Shown here piece after piece: positions 26,009 to 39,065 of a stretch of 64,000 nucleotides of DNA. The DNA is from Octopus sinensis (lineage: Eukaryota). Within the stretch, counting starts at the first letter, position 1, and each line of letters begins with the position of its first letter. Below the pieces are notes generated by a model that was not told where the DNA came from, searched no databases, and saw only the letters and a list, made by a program, of their open reading frames with translations. The position numbers were made by a program, and so were the translations under genes. Where the stretch lies: contig NC_043001.1 in the NCBI RefSeq assembly GCF_006345805.1, positions 42,842,001 to 42,906,000 on the forward strand, given 5' to 3'.

Positions 26009-27189
26009 GTTAGTACAATTACTTTTGTAATTCTTCTTGTAAAAATATTTTATATATGTGTCTGTAGTGAGAATTATTAGGAATCATACAAATTTCAAAA
26101 CAATGTTGACTCATTATGACACGACATCAAACAACGAAGAAACTTCTATGCGGTCTCTCGATATGTTGGAAACAGCAGCCAAATTATATTCACTTACACC
26201 CGACTGTCTGAAGAAGGGAAAGGGCACAATGGACACAAAATTCTCTAAGAGGACCATGGTCACGATTGGAGTGTCTTTGATCGTGGGTCTGCTCGGTGAG
26301 GGTTACCATGGGACTAAGTAACTAACAGTAACATGCCTAAGTTTTACTTTTTCATCATTTCTTTTTCTTTTATCAATTAAATTACTTTAAACTCAATATA
26401 TTTCAGATCCATAGTTAAAATACTCTATTTGTCTTCGCTCACTTGTTCCTCAAAGAAATGAAAGTAAATGAAATCAATGATATTTCCTCATCGGACATTC
26501 ACAAACAAAATAGAAAGCTTTCAACATTTTTATTGAATTTAGAAAGTCTGTTGTGTAATCTTAGCTGTACTTTGTGCAGTGTTATTCCTTCCAACATCTT
26601 ATTTTAGGTTATGATTTTACAGGAGTCTCTACACCCATTAGAAATAACTGCCAAACCTCCCTCGTATTATACACATCAGTCTTCAAGAAAAGATATAGTG
26701 GAAAATGTAGTCATAAATGTAAAGAAAAAAAAAAAAAACAGGAAGACACAGACGCTTGACGTGGGGCAATGTCTTTCACGGATGTACGTCGGCGAAGGAT
26801 GTAAACATCAACAGGAAGTTGAGTGAGTTCCACGTGGTATTTGTTCTGGCCCGGGTCACTGACACTCCTTCTTTATCGCTCTCGCCATCAGATATGGCTC
26901 GTAACCACTGATGCTATTGATTACTATTTGCGACATTAGATAAATAAAAACAAAGTGCAGACTAACTGAAAGAGCACCTCCAATAACATATTCAAATGAA
27001 TCTGTTTTTATCTGCATCTGCCCTCTTCCCTCTTTGAATGTTGGCTTGTCATATTCATTATTCACATTTTATATACCATAATTAAGTGATAAAGATTGTT
27101 TACTAAATCTAGTTACTATATATGGGAAAAAATGTAAATTTTATTTTGTACATCTCATATACCGTTCTAGCTGGGAGGGAAATGCATTA

Positions 27190-27565
27190 TCTTTTATCAG
27201 TCATTGGACTGCAACTGTGTTGGGGCATACTACCCTGAAGAATTTAGTTGAACAAATCGACCCTAGTAAATTTTTTAAAGTATGGTACTTATTCTATTGG
27301 ATCCCTTTGCTGAACTGCTAAGTTACAGAGACATAAAAACCCAACACTAGTTGTCATGTGGTGGAGAGATGGCAAGCAGAGATACACACACACACACACG
27401 ATGGGTTTCCATACAGTTTCATCCACCAAATTGACTTACAAAGCAATGGTCAGCCCAAGGCTATAGTAGAAAAGACTCGCTCAAGGTGCTATGCAGTGGG
27501 ACTGAACCCAACATCACACAGTTGTAAAGTGAGCTTCTAAAACACTCAGCCATGCTGGCACCTAT
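27190..27565 (-). mobile_element. tRNA-derived SINE (family A)
   Basis: Similar to 54497-54895. Confidence 0.75.
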
Positions 27566-28292
27566 CTTTATGAAAAATATTCAGAGTTTTTTTGTTTTTT
27601 TAAAACTTTTTCCAACTTAGCTGCTGTGTTTTAAATAACCAATGATAATTACATCCCTTTATGTTTTGGAATAAGTACAAGTCTACCTTAACCCTCTTAC
27701 ATAGTCTATACTAATTGCCTTCTTATATGGAGCTCTTAGTCATAATCAGTGCTTGAGTAAATGTTTATGTTATAGCACTTCTTTGCTTTATGGAAAGAAT
27801 TCTTTAAAAGATTCTCCCTTGGTATTTCATACTGTACACTGTTTAGATCTAATTTACATACTTGCCTTACAGTATTAAGATGAAACAAATTTATTATATG
27901 TGATGTATCAGTCTTTAAATCCAACCTGATAATAACTGATGTAAAGTTTATAAAAAGAATTCATAAAAATGACATTATTTCTTTACATATATGGCATTAA
28001 ACTGGTATTCAGTATTGCTCTTACATGTAGTACCACTGTGCTCTGATTGGAAGATATATATTATAATTTGAATGCTTCATTTTGTTTCTATTTTTGTATA
28101 TACATATTGTATTTATTGGATACACTTTATGTTCATTACATGTCTTTTTGTTTTAAAAAATGTTGAAATTTCACAACACTTTATTGATATTGAAGTTTTT
28201 TTAGAACAATTTGAAGAATATCTGTATTAATATGTTTGTAGTTGTATAAGGAAAAAATATTTTCTTTTTACTTTATGGAAAAACTTTAATAG

Positions 28293-28650
28293 TTTTGTCC
28301 AGAGAGAGTCATCATGCCAATATAATTAGCACACACACACTGGTTCAAGTCCACTCCTTTTCTTATTATTAGTCAATTAGTGAAATATCCAACAGACAAA
28401 CACAGCCTTTATAATGGACTAAGTCATTGAAAAGGTTGCAAGTAGCAATGAAAGAGCTTTGACAAACAAAAACAAATTAGTTAGTTGGATAGTTAATCAA
28501 TTGACTAATGATAAAGAAAAGGAGTGGAATTGAACCAGTGTGTGTGTGCTAATTATAATGGCATAATGACTCTCTCTAGACACAACAAAATTTGTTTCAA
28601 CACACGAATTCACATAAAGAATCTTGCAAACGAGACACAAAAACGAAGAT
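28293..28650. mobile_element. PLE-derived fold-back (inverted terminal repeats around a hammerhead motif)
   Basis: Arms about 28293-28395 and 28480-28583 are reverse complements. The right arm and its extension are homologous to 43210-43340. Confidence 0.75.
28423..28463 (+). ncRNA. Minimal type I hammerhead ribozyme motif, U3/A8 core variant (PLE-associated)
   Basis: GTCA-TTGAAAA-G-GTTGC(aagta)GCAAT-GAAA-GAGCT-T-TGAC: stem I GTCA/TGAC, stem II, GAAA, short stem III, H17. Confidence 0.7.
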
Positions 28651-29491
28651 TAATAGTTTTCTTTTACTAATTCCCAATGTGATACAATCTGTTTGAATGT
28701 GATGCAATCTGCTTTATGATGGAAGAATTTTTTACACTGTATATTAATCTATAGGATTTACTCGATTATTAATTTTAATTGATCTTGATGCAATAACTTT
28801 TCACATAAGTGAGGTTTAAGCAGTTGGTCTTGAGCATGATTTTACACAGAATATAAAAGGATCTCCAGAAGGCTTGTCACAGTGTAACCAACAGTTATCT
28901 CTCTAATCACACTGATGACTGGTTAGAAATTCAAAGCGTGTTTAACTGTAAAAACACTTATTTCAGTAGACAAGAAAAAAAAAAACAAAAAAAAAACAAA
29001 ATCTGAAAGAAAATATATATTTTAGACTCCAATTTTGGGGAAGAGTTGCAGTCAATTTAATCAGCCACAGTACTTGATAGGTATTCTATCAATGAAAGAG
29101 GGATGAAAAGCAGTCAACAATATTAGAATTTGTATATGGAATGTAAGAAGATGTAATTAAACACACATAAAGCATTTAGAATGGAATGCTATTTTTTATT
29201 CTTTTACATATTAAATATTAATTAAATTTAGCTGATACAACCATCTCACTAGTGAACATTGTAATGATTCATTTGTCTGTATTTCTAATTGGGCTCTGAT
29301 TCTACTTCTCTCACCTACAGTTCAGTTCTATATTGAATAGTGTATGAAAATTTATTGACGTTTCTTTAGTTTTTAATTATATTCAAAACTTAATACTTTA
29401 TATTTCAAATGTCAATTTATATTTAAGTATTTTCTTGGTTATATTTCTCTCCCAATATTATCAAAAGCTACATTTGGTTTCTACATTTCAG

Positions 29492-29629
29492 TCAAATTTG
29501 TCTTCGAGGAATATGGATGGATTTTACTTGTTGTTGTTATACTGTTAATATTTGCTAAAAGTTTTCTGACACCCTATTTATATAAATGGAGGAAAAAACG
29601 TGATGAAGAGATTTATTACAGCAACTATG
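29492..29629 (+). CDS. SELENOS: Selenoprotein S coding exon 2 (V-KFVFEEYGWILLVVVILLIFAKSFLTPYLYKWRKKRDEEIYYSNY-)
   Basis: catttcag acceptor, GTAAGT donor, 138 nt, phases 1/1. YGW followed by one transmembrane helix and a basic/charged stretch is the SelS signature. Confidence 0.8.
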
Positions 29630-30599
29630 GTAAGTGAATAGTTTTAATTTGTTTTGATTGAATTCATTTCTGATGTCTATAAAATAGTTTTGACTACACT
29701 TACTATGATAACAATTGCAATGCTATCATTGTAATCAGTTACGCCTGTAACTATAGTTATTTTTTTTGGAAGATATTTTTTAACATGATTATAAAGTGGT
29801 ACATTTAAGTCAAGAGTTGGTTGATAGTATTCAATTTCAGAAATTCAATAACAGCTTGTTTTCAGAACTAATTAGAGATATTGGAAACATTCTTCAAATG
29901 AGATGACAGTTTCTTTCAGCGGCACAAATACGCAATCACTATACATATCAAAGAAACAAACTTGTACTTACTCTTTTTAAGTACACAACTAAATCTCTCA
30001 AAAGCTTTACAAATAAAACAATATTTGATGATCTCCCATGATGGTAATTTTAGTTAAATTCTCAATATTGGTTCAGAATTTAAAGGGACGACACTAAATA
30101 TCTCAAATTAATGTGTTGAGCACTCTTATTGTTTCTGTCAGCTAATGCTCTCCCCTCCATATTAAATTGTCAAGGCTGGTGAATGGTAGAAATCGTGGAG
30201 GGCCAGAAAAATAACTTCTCATATTTATTTATGCACCTTTTAGGTTATAAGTTCAATTCTCACTTGTATCGACTTTCCTTTTCATTCTTGTAGAGTCGCT
30301 AATATGAAATATCAGTAATTTATTTGGGTATAATTTAGTCGACTCCCTTCAAATTTGTGACCGTATTTATCTTTGGTTATCTCCCATCTTAGTTATCTCC
30401 CATCAATGCATGCAATCGCGTTTAGAACTTGATGTTAACATTTTACAATTTAAATAATTCATTCTATTAGTTTAGATTGAAATTTTAAAGATGGTTTATT
30501 TATGATAATAATTATAGACTTCCACAACAGTAATTAAATTTGAATCTTCGGATATATGTTGTAGCAGTTTTGATATTCTCTAACGTCATCCAAGCAGCA

Positions 30600-32760
30600 C
30601 ACGACCAAACGTGTCCCATACAACGGATTGGTAGTCGCCTTAAATAGTCCATCCCTCTAGAATATGGTTACCAGACGTCCCTAATATAAGCTGTTTTGAA
30701 GCAAAATGTGGTGAATGTAATTGCACTTTCAGTATTGAACATGGCGGGAAGTCTGATATAAAGCAACACATAGAAACAGCAAAGCACAAAAGTAGCATTG
30801 TCTCTACTTCAAAAGAAGTTGGTAAAATGACAAACTTCTTGATGAAGGAAACCACAGATGAAAATGCAATGGCATTTTATATTGTCTGTCATCATCAGTC
30901 ATTCAGTTCAAATGGCTGTACAAACATACTACTATTCCAAAATTGCAGGCAAATTTTCAACTGCTAGGGCTAAATGTGCTGTAACAATAAAAATGTTATG
31001 GCTCCATACACTATTGTAGATTGTTAAAGATATAAATAACTCTTCTTTTTATGGCATATCTACAGATACAAGTAATCATAATGGTGAGAAAATTTTCCTG
31101 TTGATTGTGCAATGTTTTTCATATGAAAAGTGTTTGCTGATAAAGTATTGCAAGATCCCTCCCAAATGAGACCTCAGAGAAAATAGCGAGCTTCTGCAGA
31201 GAGAGCCTTGTCGAGTTAGGACTGGACATGAAGAAATGTATAACTTTTGATAGAGATAACACAAATACTAATTTTGGTGGACATATGCACATAAATAATG
31301 TCATAAATAATGTCTATTTAAAATTCAAGGAAAGCATGAATGAATCAATGGAAGGTGTTGAATGTCCAGCCCATATTCTGCATAATGCTGATCATACTGC
31401 AGCTTATGTTTTTTCTATTGATGTTGAAGTAATTCATCATCATCATCATCATCATTGTTGTTTAACGTCCGCTTTCCATGCTAGCATGGGTTGGACAATT
31501 TGACTGAGGTCTGGCGAACCAGATGGCTGCACCAGACTCCAATCTGATCTGGCAGAGGTTCTACAGCTGGATGCCCATCCTAACGGCAACCACTCTGTGG
31601 GTGTAGTGGGTGTTTTTATGTGCCACCTGCACGAGGGCCATATTGTTATATTGTTTTCATACTTTAGTATTTACACAGTTCAATCTGAGAAGATTTCTGT
31701 GAGTTTGTTGGTGTGCAGTATGCCTCAATTCTCTCACATTCTAAAACACATTGGCTTTCTTTGATGAGAGCAGTTGAGAGAATCCTAAGGTTATTTAAAG
31801 CACTGAAATCTTTTTTTTATTGTGAAGAAAAGGTCCTCCAATTCTTGTAGAATTCTTCAATAATCTGCTGAGCAAAGCCTACTTATATCTTGTTCACAGT
31901 TTTGAATATGTTTTTAGCAACTGGATTATGAAGATAGAATAGAGAGAAAACAGCATTATTGAAGTGCTTGGCTGTTTAAAAGAACTTGTTGCAGTTATAA
32001 AGGAAAGAATTAATGAAAATTTTATTCCTCTCAGTGTGAAGGATTGCCTTAATAATGACGATGTTTAATCTGAAGAGAAAAAATTTGTATGGCACTTGCA
32101 TTGACTTACTTATCTTGAGAAATGGGTTTTGTGTTTTGAAAATTTTGATAACTTTACATGGATGTTATTAGATACATTTCCAGCATGGGAACATGTAGAA
32201 TCGTTTTGTCTAATGTTAAAAAACAAAGGTATAAAAATTGACATTTTTTTCTGTCAGTGGTCAACATTTAAAAAGCTCCTTGCTAAAGAGATGCGATCAA
32301 ACCTGATGAATGGAAGACCAAACTGCGAAAGATGGTTTTCTATCCTTCAGCAGATTGAATTTTAAGAACAATACCAAGAGTTGTTAATTTTGTGCTAGTT
32401 CTTATTTAGCATACCAGCGCATAATGCTAATGTTGAGTGTGTCTTCTCAACGATAAATGTTCAGTAGACTGAAGAATGAAATAAGTTGGATGTAGCTAAT
32501 GTAGAAGCCATCTTACAATGCACATGAAACCTTAACTGTGAATGTAAAGAATTTTATTGGCATGTGTTAGAAAACAAAGACCTATTAACAAAAGCCAAAT
32601 CATCAGTGAAATATAACTAAAGGTAAAGGTTCAAGTTTAATTCTCATGTGGTCTGTTAAGAAAATTTTGCATATAAGTTTATCAGTTTTGTTTCTTTTCA
32701 TGTTCTCCATATGAAACACAACTTTTTAGTCTATTTTCTGTATTCCTTGCATTAAATAAT
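30600..32760 (+). mobile_element. hAT-superfamily transposase fossil with a nested RTE tail (31435-31640)
   Basis: N-terminal zinc finger CGECNCTFSIEHGGKSDIKQHIETAKH, DNTNTNFGG, CPAHILHNA, and dimerisation-domain SIPAHNANVE.VFS. Confidence 0.8.
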
Positions 32761-32783
32761 AATTCTCTAAATTATTTCCTTTG

Positions 32784-35480
32784 CGAGGTTTCTACGGGAC
32801 AACCTGCTGAGAGCCACTGACCAGATCTGTGGTTGGTGCAAAGTCCCCACTTGACCAAAGGTAACGTGGTGGTGGAACAATGTGGTTGACAGGGCTATTA
32901 GACAAAAGAAACAGGCTTGGAAGGACTGGAAGAACGGAGGTAGCAGGGAACTGTATCAGACTGCCAGAAGGGAAGCTAGGAAACAGGTTTATTTAGCCAA
33001 AGGGGAAGTAGATAAGAAAAAATTTGCCAATGTTCTGCGCCGTGAGGACCAAAGACTTGAGGTATTTCGTGTTGCAAGACAGTGTGTGAGAGAGAATCAT
33101 GATGTGGTAGGAGAGAAATGTGTTCGCATGGATGATGGTTCACTTGTGCTAAATGAGGATGCAAAGAGAGAGGTTTGGAGATGCCACTATGAAAGGTTGC
33201 TGAATAAAGAAAATGAATGGGATAAAGAGAGTCTGCCGAATGTCAACCCAACAGAGGGACCAGCTATCCGAGTTGACAGTTCTTTGGTAGTTAAGGCAAT
33301 TAGAAGCATGAAGACAGGGAAAGCTCCAGGCCCATCAGGAATCACTGCAGAGATGCTCAAAATATCTGACAGTGTCGGCTATAGCCTAGTCACCCGTATA
33401 GTTAACCAGGTGATATACGAAGGAGTCATACCCAATGACTGGTGTAGCAGCATAATAGTCAACTGCTACAAAAGTAAAGGTGACGCCCAAGATACAAATA
33501 ATTACAGATGTATCAAGTTGTTGGATCAGGTAATACAGATTGCGGAGAGGGTCATAGCCCAACTGATTAGGGAGAGAGTCAACTTGGATGAGATGCAGTT
33601 TGGTTTCGTGCCAGGGAAAAGCACCACTGATGCCATATTTCTGATGAGACAGCTGCAGGAGAAATACCTAGCCAAAGATAAGCCTCTGTACCTGGCTTTC
33701 GTTGACATGGAGAAAGCCTTCGACAGGGTCCCCCGATCCCTTATCTGGTGGTCAATGAGGAAATTAGGAATAGATGAATGGCTGGTGAGAGCTGTGCAAG
33801 CCATGTACAGGGATGCTGTAAGAAAGGTTAGGGTTGGCAACGTGTACACTGAAGAATTCCAGGTAGAGGTTGGGGTCCACCAGGGTTCAGTCCTTAGTCC
33901 CCTCCTATTTATCATAGTCCTCCAGGCAATTACGGAGGAATTCAAGATAGGCTCCTCTATGCTGATGACCATGCTCTAATTGCTGAGTCACTATCAGAAC
34001 TGGAGGAGAAGTTTCAGGTGTGGAAGGAGGGATTAGAAACGAGGGGCCTTAGAGTCAACCTAGCTAAAACCAAATTCCTAATAAGTAGGAAGGTAGACAA
34101 ACCACAAATGCCTTCAGGTAGATGGCCCTGCTCGATCTGTAGAAAAGGCGTAGGTAGAAACTCTATAAGATGTACCCAGTGTAAGCTATAGACACATAAG
34201 AGGTGCAGCAATGTCAAAGGAAGGCTAACTGGAAGATAGTTTTTGTATGTGGCAGATGCTCAGGAGCAATAAACACTGAAAATCTGCAGAAAACAACTTC
34301 CGTCACTTTCCAGGGGGAAAAACTAGAAGTAGTTGATAGCTTCCGTTATCTAGGTGACCAAGTCAGTAGCGGGGGTGGGTGTGCTGAAAGCATAACTGCT
34401 AGAGTAAGAATAGCCTGGGCAAAGTTCAGGGAGCTCTTACCTCTGCTGGTGACTAAAGGCCTCTCGCTCAGAGTAAAAGGCAGACTGTATGATGCTTGTG
34501 TACGAACAGCCATGCTACATGGCAGTGAAACATGGGCCGTGACTGCTGAGAACATGCGTAAGCTCACGAGGAATGAAGCCAGTAGGCTCCAATGATTGTG
34601 TAATGTCAGTGTTCATACTCGACAGAGTGTAAGTACCTTGAGAGAAATGTTGGACCTGAGAAGCATCAGCTGTGGTGTGCAAGAGAGACAATTGCGCTGG
34701 TATGGTCATGTGGTGAGAATGGATGAAGATAGGTGTGTGAAAAAGTGCCAATCCCTAGCAGTTGAGGGAACCCGTGGAAGAGGTAGACCCAGGAAAACCT
34801 GGGACGAGGTGGTGAAGCACGACCTTCGAACTTTAGGCCTCACCGAGGCAATGACTAGCGACCGAGACCTTTGGAAATATGCTGTGCTTGAGAAGACCTG
34901 GCAGGACAAGTGAGTCCAGCCCACTTATGCATGCCTTTCCTCCCTTGGACACATGAAGACCTGTTGAGGCAAGCGAAGTCGAAATCGAACCTCATCAAAC
35001 GACAGGCACCCATGCCAACCTCCCTTCATTGGACACTAAACTCTGCTTGCGAAGACCTGTTGGGGCAAGTGAAATCAAAATTGAACCAATCATGTGACTG
35101 GCACCCGGCAGTTGCCAGGACCGCTGGACTGACTCCTGTGCAGGTGGCAAGTGAAGAAATAACATTTTGACCCTGTGCTTGAGGAGATCCATTGAGTCAA
35201 GTACACCAACATCAAAATCAAAGGAAACTGCAGTTGTGATCCCTGTGCCGGTGGCACATAAAAAGCACCATCCGAACGTGGCCGATGCCAGCACCGCCTC
35301 GACTGGCTTCCGTGCCGGTGGCACATAAAATGCACCAATCCGATCGTGGCTGTTGCCAGCCTCATCTGGCACCTGTGCCGGTGGCATGTAAAAAGCACCC
35401 ACTACACTCATGGAGTGGTTGGCGTTAGGAAGGGCATCCAGCTGTAAAAACACTGCCAGATCAGACTGGAGCCAGACCGG
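32784..35480 (+). mobile_element. 5'-truncated RTE LINE: ORF2 (RT with an internal PHD-like finger) plus long repeat-containing 3' region
   Basis: ORF 32882-33979 (QFGFVPG, FVDMEKAFD, GVHQGSVLSP), YADD out of frame after a small deletion, ORF2 stop at 34913. The 3' end is broken at about 35480. Confidence 0.95.
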
Positions 35481-35484
35481 GCAT

Positions 35485-35885
35485 TGTGAGTGTTTATTGA
35501 GCGAAAACACCTAAAGCTCCACAAGGCTCCGGCAGGGAGTAGTGGTGAACCCTGCTGTACTCTTTCAACACAACTTTCTCTAACTCTTTCTTTCTGTTTC
35601 TGTTATACTTGTATTTCAAAGGGCCAGCCTTGTCACACTCAGTGTCATGTTGAATCTTCCTGAGAACTACGTTAAAGGCACACGTGTCTGTGGAGTGCTC
35701 AGCCACTTGCATGTTAATAAATGAGCTGCGACATCACTGGTGCCAATCTGTATTGACCTTTCCCTTGGATAACATCAGTGGTGTGGAGAGGGGAGGCCGG
35801 TGTGTGTGGGTGACTGCTGGTCTTCCATAAACAACCTTGCCCAGACTTGTGCCTCGGAGGGTAACTTTCTAGGTGCAATCCCTTA
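35485..35885. repeat. Unclassified interspersed repeat (SINE-like) abutting the RTE 3' end
   Basis: Abrupt junction, GC-richer composition, no coding signal. Confidence 0.4.
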
Positions 35886-36116
35886 AGTTACTTTTGAATA
35901 AGAGAATAAAGTTTGCTTTTAGTCATCTAATGAATTAGATGTTATCAGAACGACAAGCTTGACATAAAAAAAAAAGCTTAAACAGAAAGAAACAGAATTG
36001 TATTTTTGTTTCTTATAACTTCTTTACCAATATTCCCTGAGAAATAGTTATTGTACTACTGAACAAATGTGCAAAACACGCATGCACACTCGCTTGCTCA
36101 CTCACTCACTCTCTCC

Positions 36117-36164
<48 letters not shown>

Positions 36165-36850
36165 ATGATCATCATTTAACGTCTGTCTTCCATGCTGGCA
36201 TGGGTTTGACAATTTGACAGGAGTTGGCTCAGCATAAGACTGCACCAGGCTTCACTGTCTGTTTTGGCATGGTTTTTATGGCTGGATGCCCTTCCTAATA
36301 CTAACCATGCCACATCACAGAGTGAACTGAGTGCTTTTTATGTGGCAACATCACTATCTCTCTCAGATAGATATATAAACTGCTAATTATTTATGTGCCT
36401 TGTCTATAGCAACACAGTTAATTCTTTTGCATGTGAGTCAATGATATGGGCTTCTATGTAGTGCTTTGCCTGTTAGAAATAGTAAACAAATCACCCTCAA
36501 ACTACTTCCCACCATCTTTAAAAAAAGAACACATTGGACAATATAGTCATATATCTACTATATATATATGAGAGTGCACATGTGTATGTTTTTGAATATG
36601 CCATGGAAAGGCTCCGACTTGGTACATCCTCCAGAAAAATGGATTTGCTTTTCAAAATCTGCATCTCAATGGCAGAGTATTTGGTTATAATTAACTAGAA
36701 AAATTTAATTTGCTACAAAAAATAACTCAACTTTTAGATTGACAAGTCTCCCACTCTCTGTCTCCATCAGGCTCTCTCTCTCACTATTTTATGTCTTTCC
36801 CCTCTCTGTATATGTATTTACCACACTCTTTATCACTGTCTATGTATGTA

Positions 36851-37653
36851 AGAGGGGGTACCCAAAAGAAACCAGAATTTTGCAATATTATTTTATTCAC
36901 TTAGCTTTACATGTTTATACTTTTATCGCCTTCAAAGTATTGTTCATTGAAGCAATGCATTGGTCCAATTGCATTTTTTAATATTCGAAGCTGTACTGGA
37001 ACTTTTGTAAAGTGATGCGTAATAGTTTTTTTCTTCACCTCTTACACATCTGCGAATTCTGTAGCACCAGCTTTCATCACCAGTGATAACCTTCAAAAAA
37101 AGGTTCAGATCAACTTCCAGCTATTCTTTCAGTTCACAACACATTCAGTCATGACTGCTTTTGATCTTCCTTGAGCAAGCAAGACAGAAACTCTTGTCAT
37201 TTGCAATTCTTTATTCAAAATTTGTTGGCAGGAGCTTTAGGGCACACCAGTCATATCAACAAGTTTGTCACTTGTTCAGTGATGGTCCTCCAAGATCAGT
37301 TCATGAATTTTCATTCATTTGGGAGGTTGATGGTCGTCCTGAACAAGGTTGGCCTTCAAGCGACAGGTGTTTTGGTCATGGCAGTATTCTTGTAAGCTGT
37401 TTTCTCCAGCAGAAAGCAAAATTTCATGGAAGCACGCCATTCCTTTGTTTCAGCCATCACAAAAATCGATGAACAGGGGAGAAGCACTGCAAAACAAAGA
37501 TGCACCATGTAGCAGTATGACCGCACTCAATGCCACTGGTTGACAGACTGATTCCTGAGGGTTGCATCAAGTGGCTTCTAGTAGTTGAAGCCTGGACTAC
37601 AAATGGGTTTGTCCCACAGAGAATGTTTCTGGTTACTTTTGGTTACCCCCTCG
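36851..37653 (-). mobile_element. Internally deleted mariner
   Basis: TIRs (C/A)GAGGGGGTAMCCAAAAG with TA flanks. The N-terminal transposase up to ITGDESWCY is fused to the C-terminal ...QYFEGDK. Confidence 0.88.
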
Positions 37654-38624
37654 TATATCTCTCATGCATGCTCAGTTTCGTGATAATGTAATTGCTTTCA
37701 TTTTGTTTAAAATTTTGCTGCTGTAAAGTTTACTTTCATTTTATGATAGATAACTAACATGCAGAAAATGCTAGCTTCCAAATCTTGTTTTCTGATTGGG
37801 TAAAAATGATCAAACTTTAAACTTCTGTAACATTTTCCTAAACTTTTCCTGGAATAAATAAATCACAAATCAGATTCAGCATGTAAAAAGTACATCAATA
37901 TATCAAATATGAAAATCTTCACTTTATTTTAAAATCTGTGACAGCAATAGAAAAGATCTCTCTCTCTCACTCACTCTCTCTCTTTTTCATTTACACTTTT
38001 CTCATTGTAAACTTTCCTTCTCTTACTCTGCAATATGCATATAGCTCCTGCTCTGTGTGTGTGTGTGTGTGTGTTTGTGTAATGAATTTCATTAGGGGGA
38101 CTGAGTTGAAAGACCCTTAAAAGTATCAGCAGTGAGATAAGAAAAATCTTTACATCTATACACCAAATGGAAAAAACAGTAACTTAGTTTATCAATACAA
38201 TATAAATTGCCCCAAATAATACAGAATCTCTTCTGATCAAGAGGCCTATTCATCAAAGAAGACATGGAACAAAAATATTGAAATAAAGGCATTCTATTGT
38301 GAAAATTACTTTACCACAATGGGATATTCAGCTAGTATGTATATAAAGATGCGATGGTTGCAGCTGGAATGCTTTTGATTATAGGCCTCTTTCATCAGAT
38401 ATGACCTGAGGCTAAACAAAGACGTTTCTGTTTTTCTGCATTATTGGTTTTAATTTCCCCCTAGTTCCTCATCTCTCTTTTATACTCTCTTTTAAAGTTA
38501 GGATCCATGTTTAGGTTAAAGAACATTTTTGGATACATTTTTCATTGTGGGCATGTTAGTAATTTTAGAACAGGTATTATATAGCTTTGCAATAATCACT
38601 ATATTGAAAAACATCACTTGTATA

Positions 38625-39065
38625 AACTTACTTGACTTGACTTGAGACAACATTCACCCGGGGTGGGTTGAGCTGGCTTCATTCATCCTCAATGCTGCAT
38701 CTCTCACAAATGCTGACCAGGCCTGGCGATTTGAGACTAACGACCGCGTGATCTCTAACCACTCCCTATTCCAGCAGTGAACGCCGTAGACATGGGGACC
38801 TAGGTTGGGTTCCAGATCAGCCTTGACTGCCATCAGCCAGGTTTTTCGTTGTCCACCACATCGCTTTCGCCAACTCTGAAGGGGAGCTGGGGTAATTGCT
38901 TTGTAGATGAATTCTCCTGGTTGACGACGGCAGGCATGATCCAACCAACGCAGACATCTCATTAGGATGACTTGTCGGAGGGAGGTGATTTTGCACTGGT
39001 GTCGCACCAAATTGTTGGAGACAAAGTGATGCCATCGGACACGAAGGATGTGACGTAGACAGAGG
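38625..39065 (-). mobile_element. RTE (BovB-like) LINE 3' fragment with (CAAGT)n tail
   Basis: LRWLDHACRR...GGQRKTW...NRQAWSAFV; CAAGT tandem tail. Confidence 0.85.

Noticed and set aside
26058-26321. 87-aa ORF with a hydrophobic C-terminus just after SELENOS exon 1
   Set aside because: Lies in intron 1, has no homology signal and does not fit the exon phase chain.
26856-27065. Minus ORF with a faint resemblance to LTR RNase H (TDSFEYVIGGALS)
   Set aside because: Similarity is too short and no other pol motifs are nearby.
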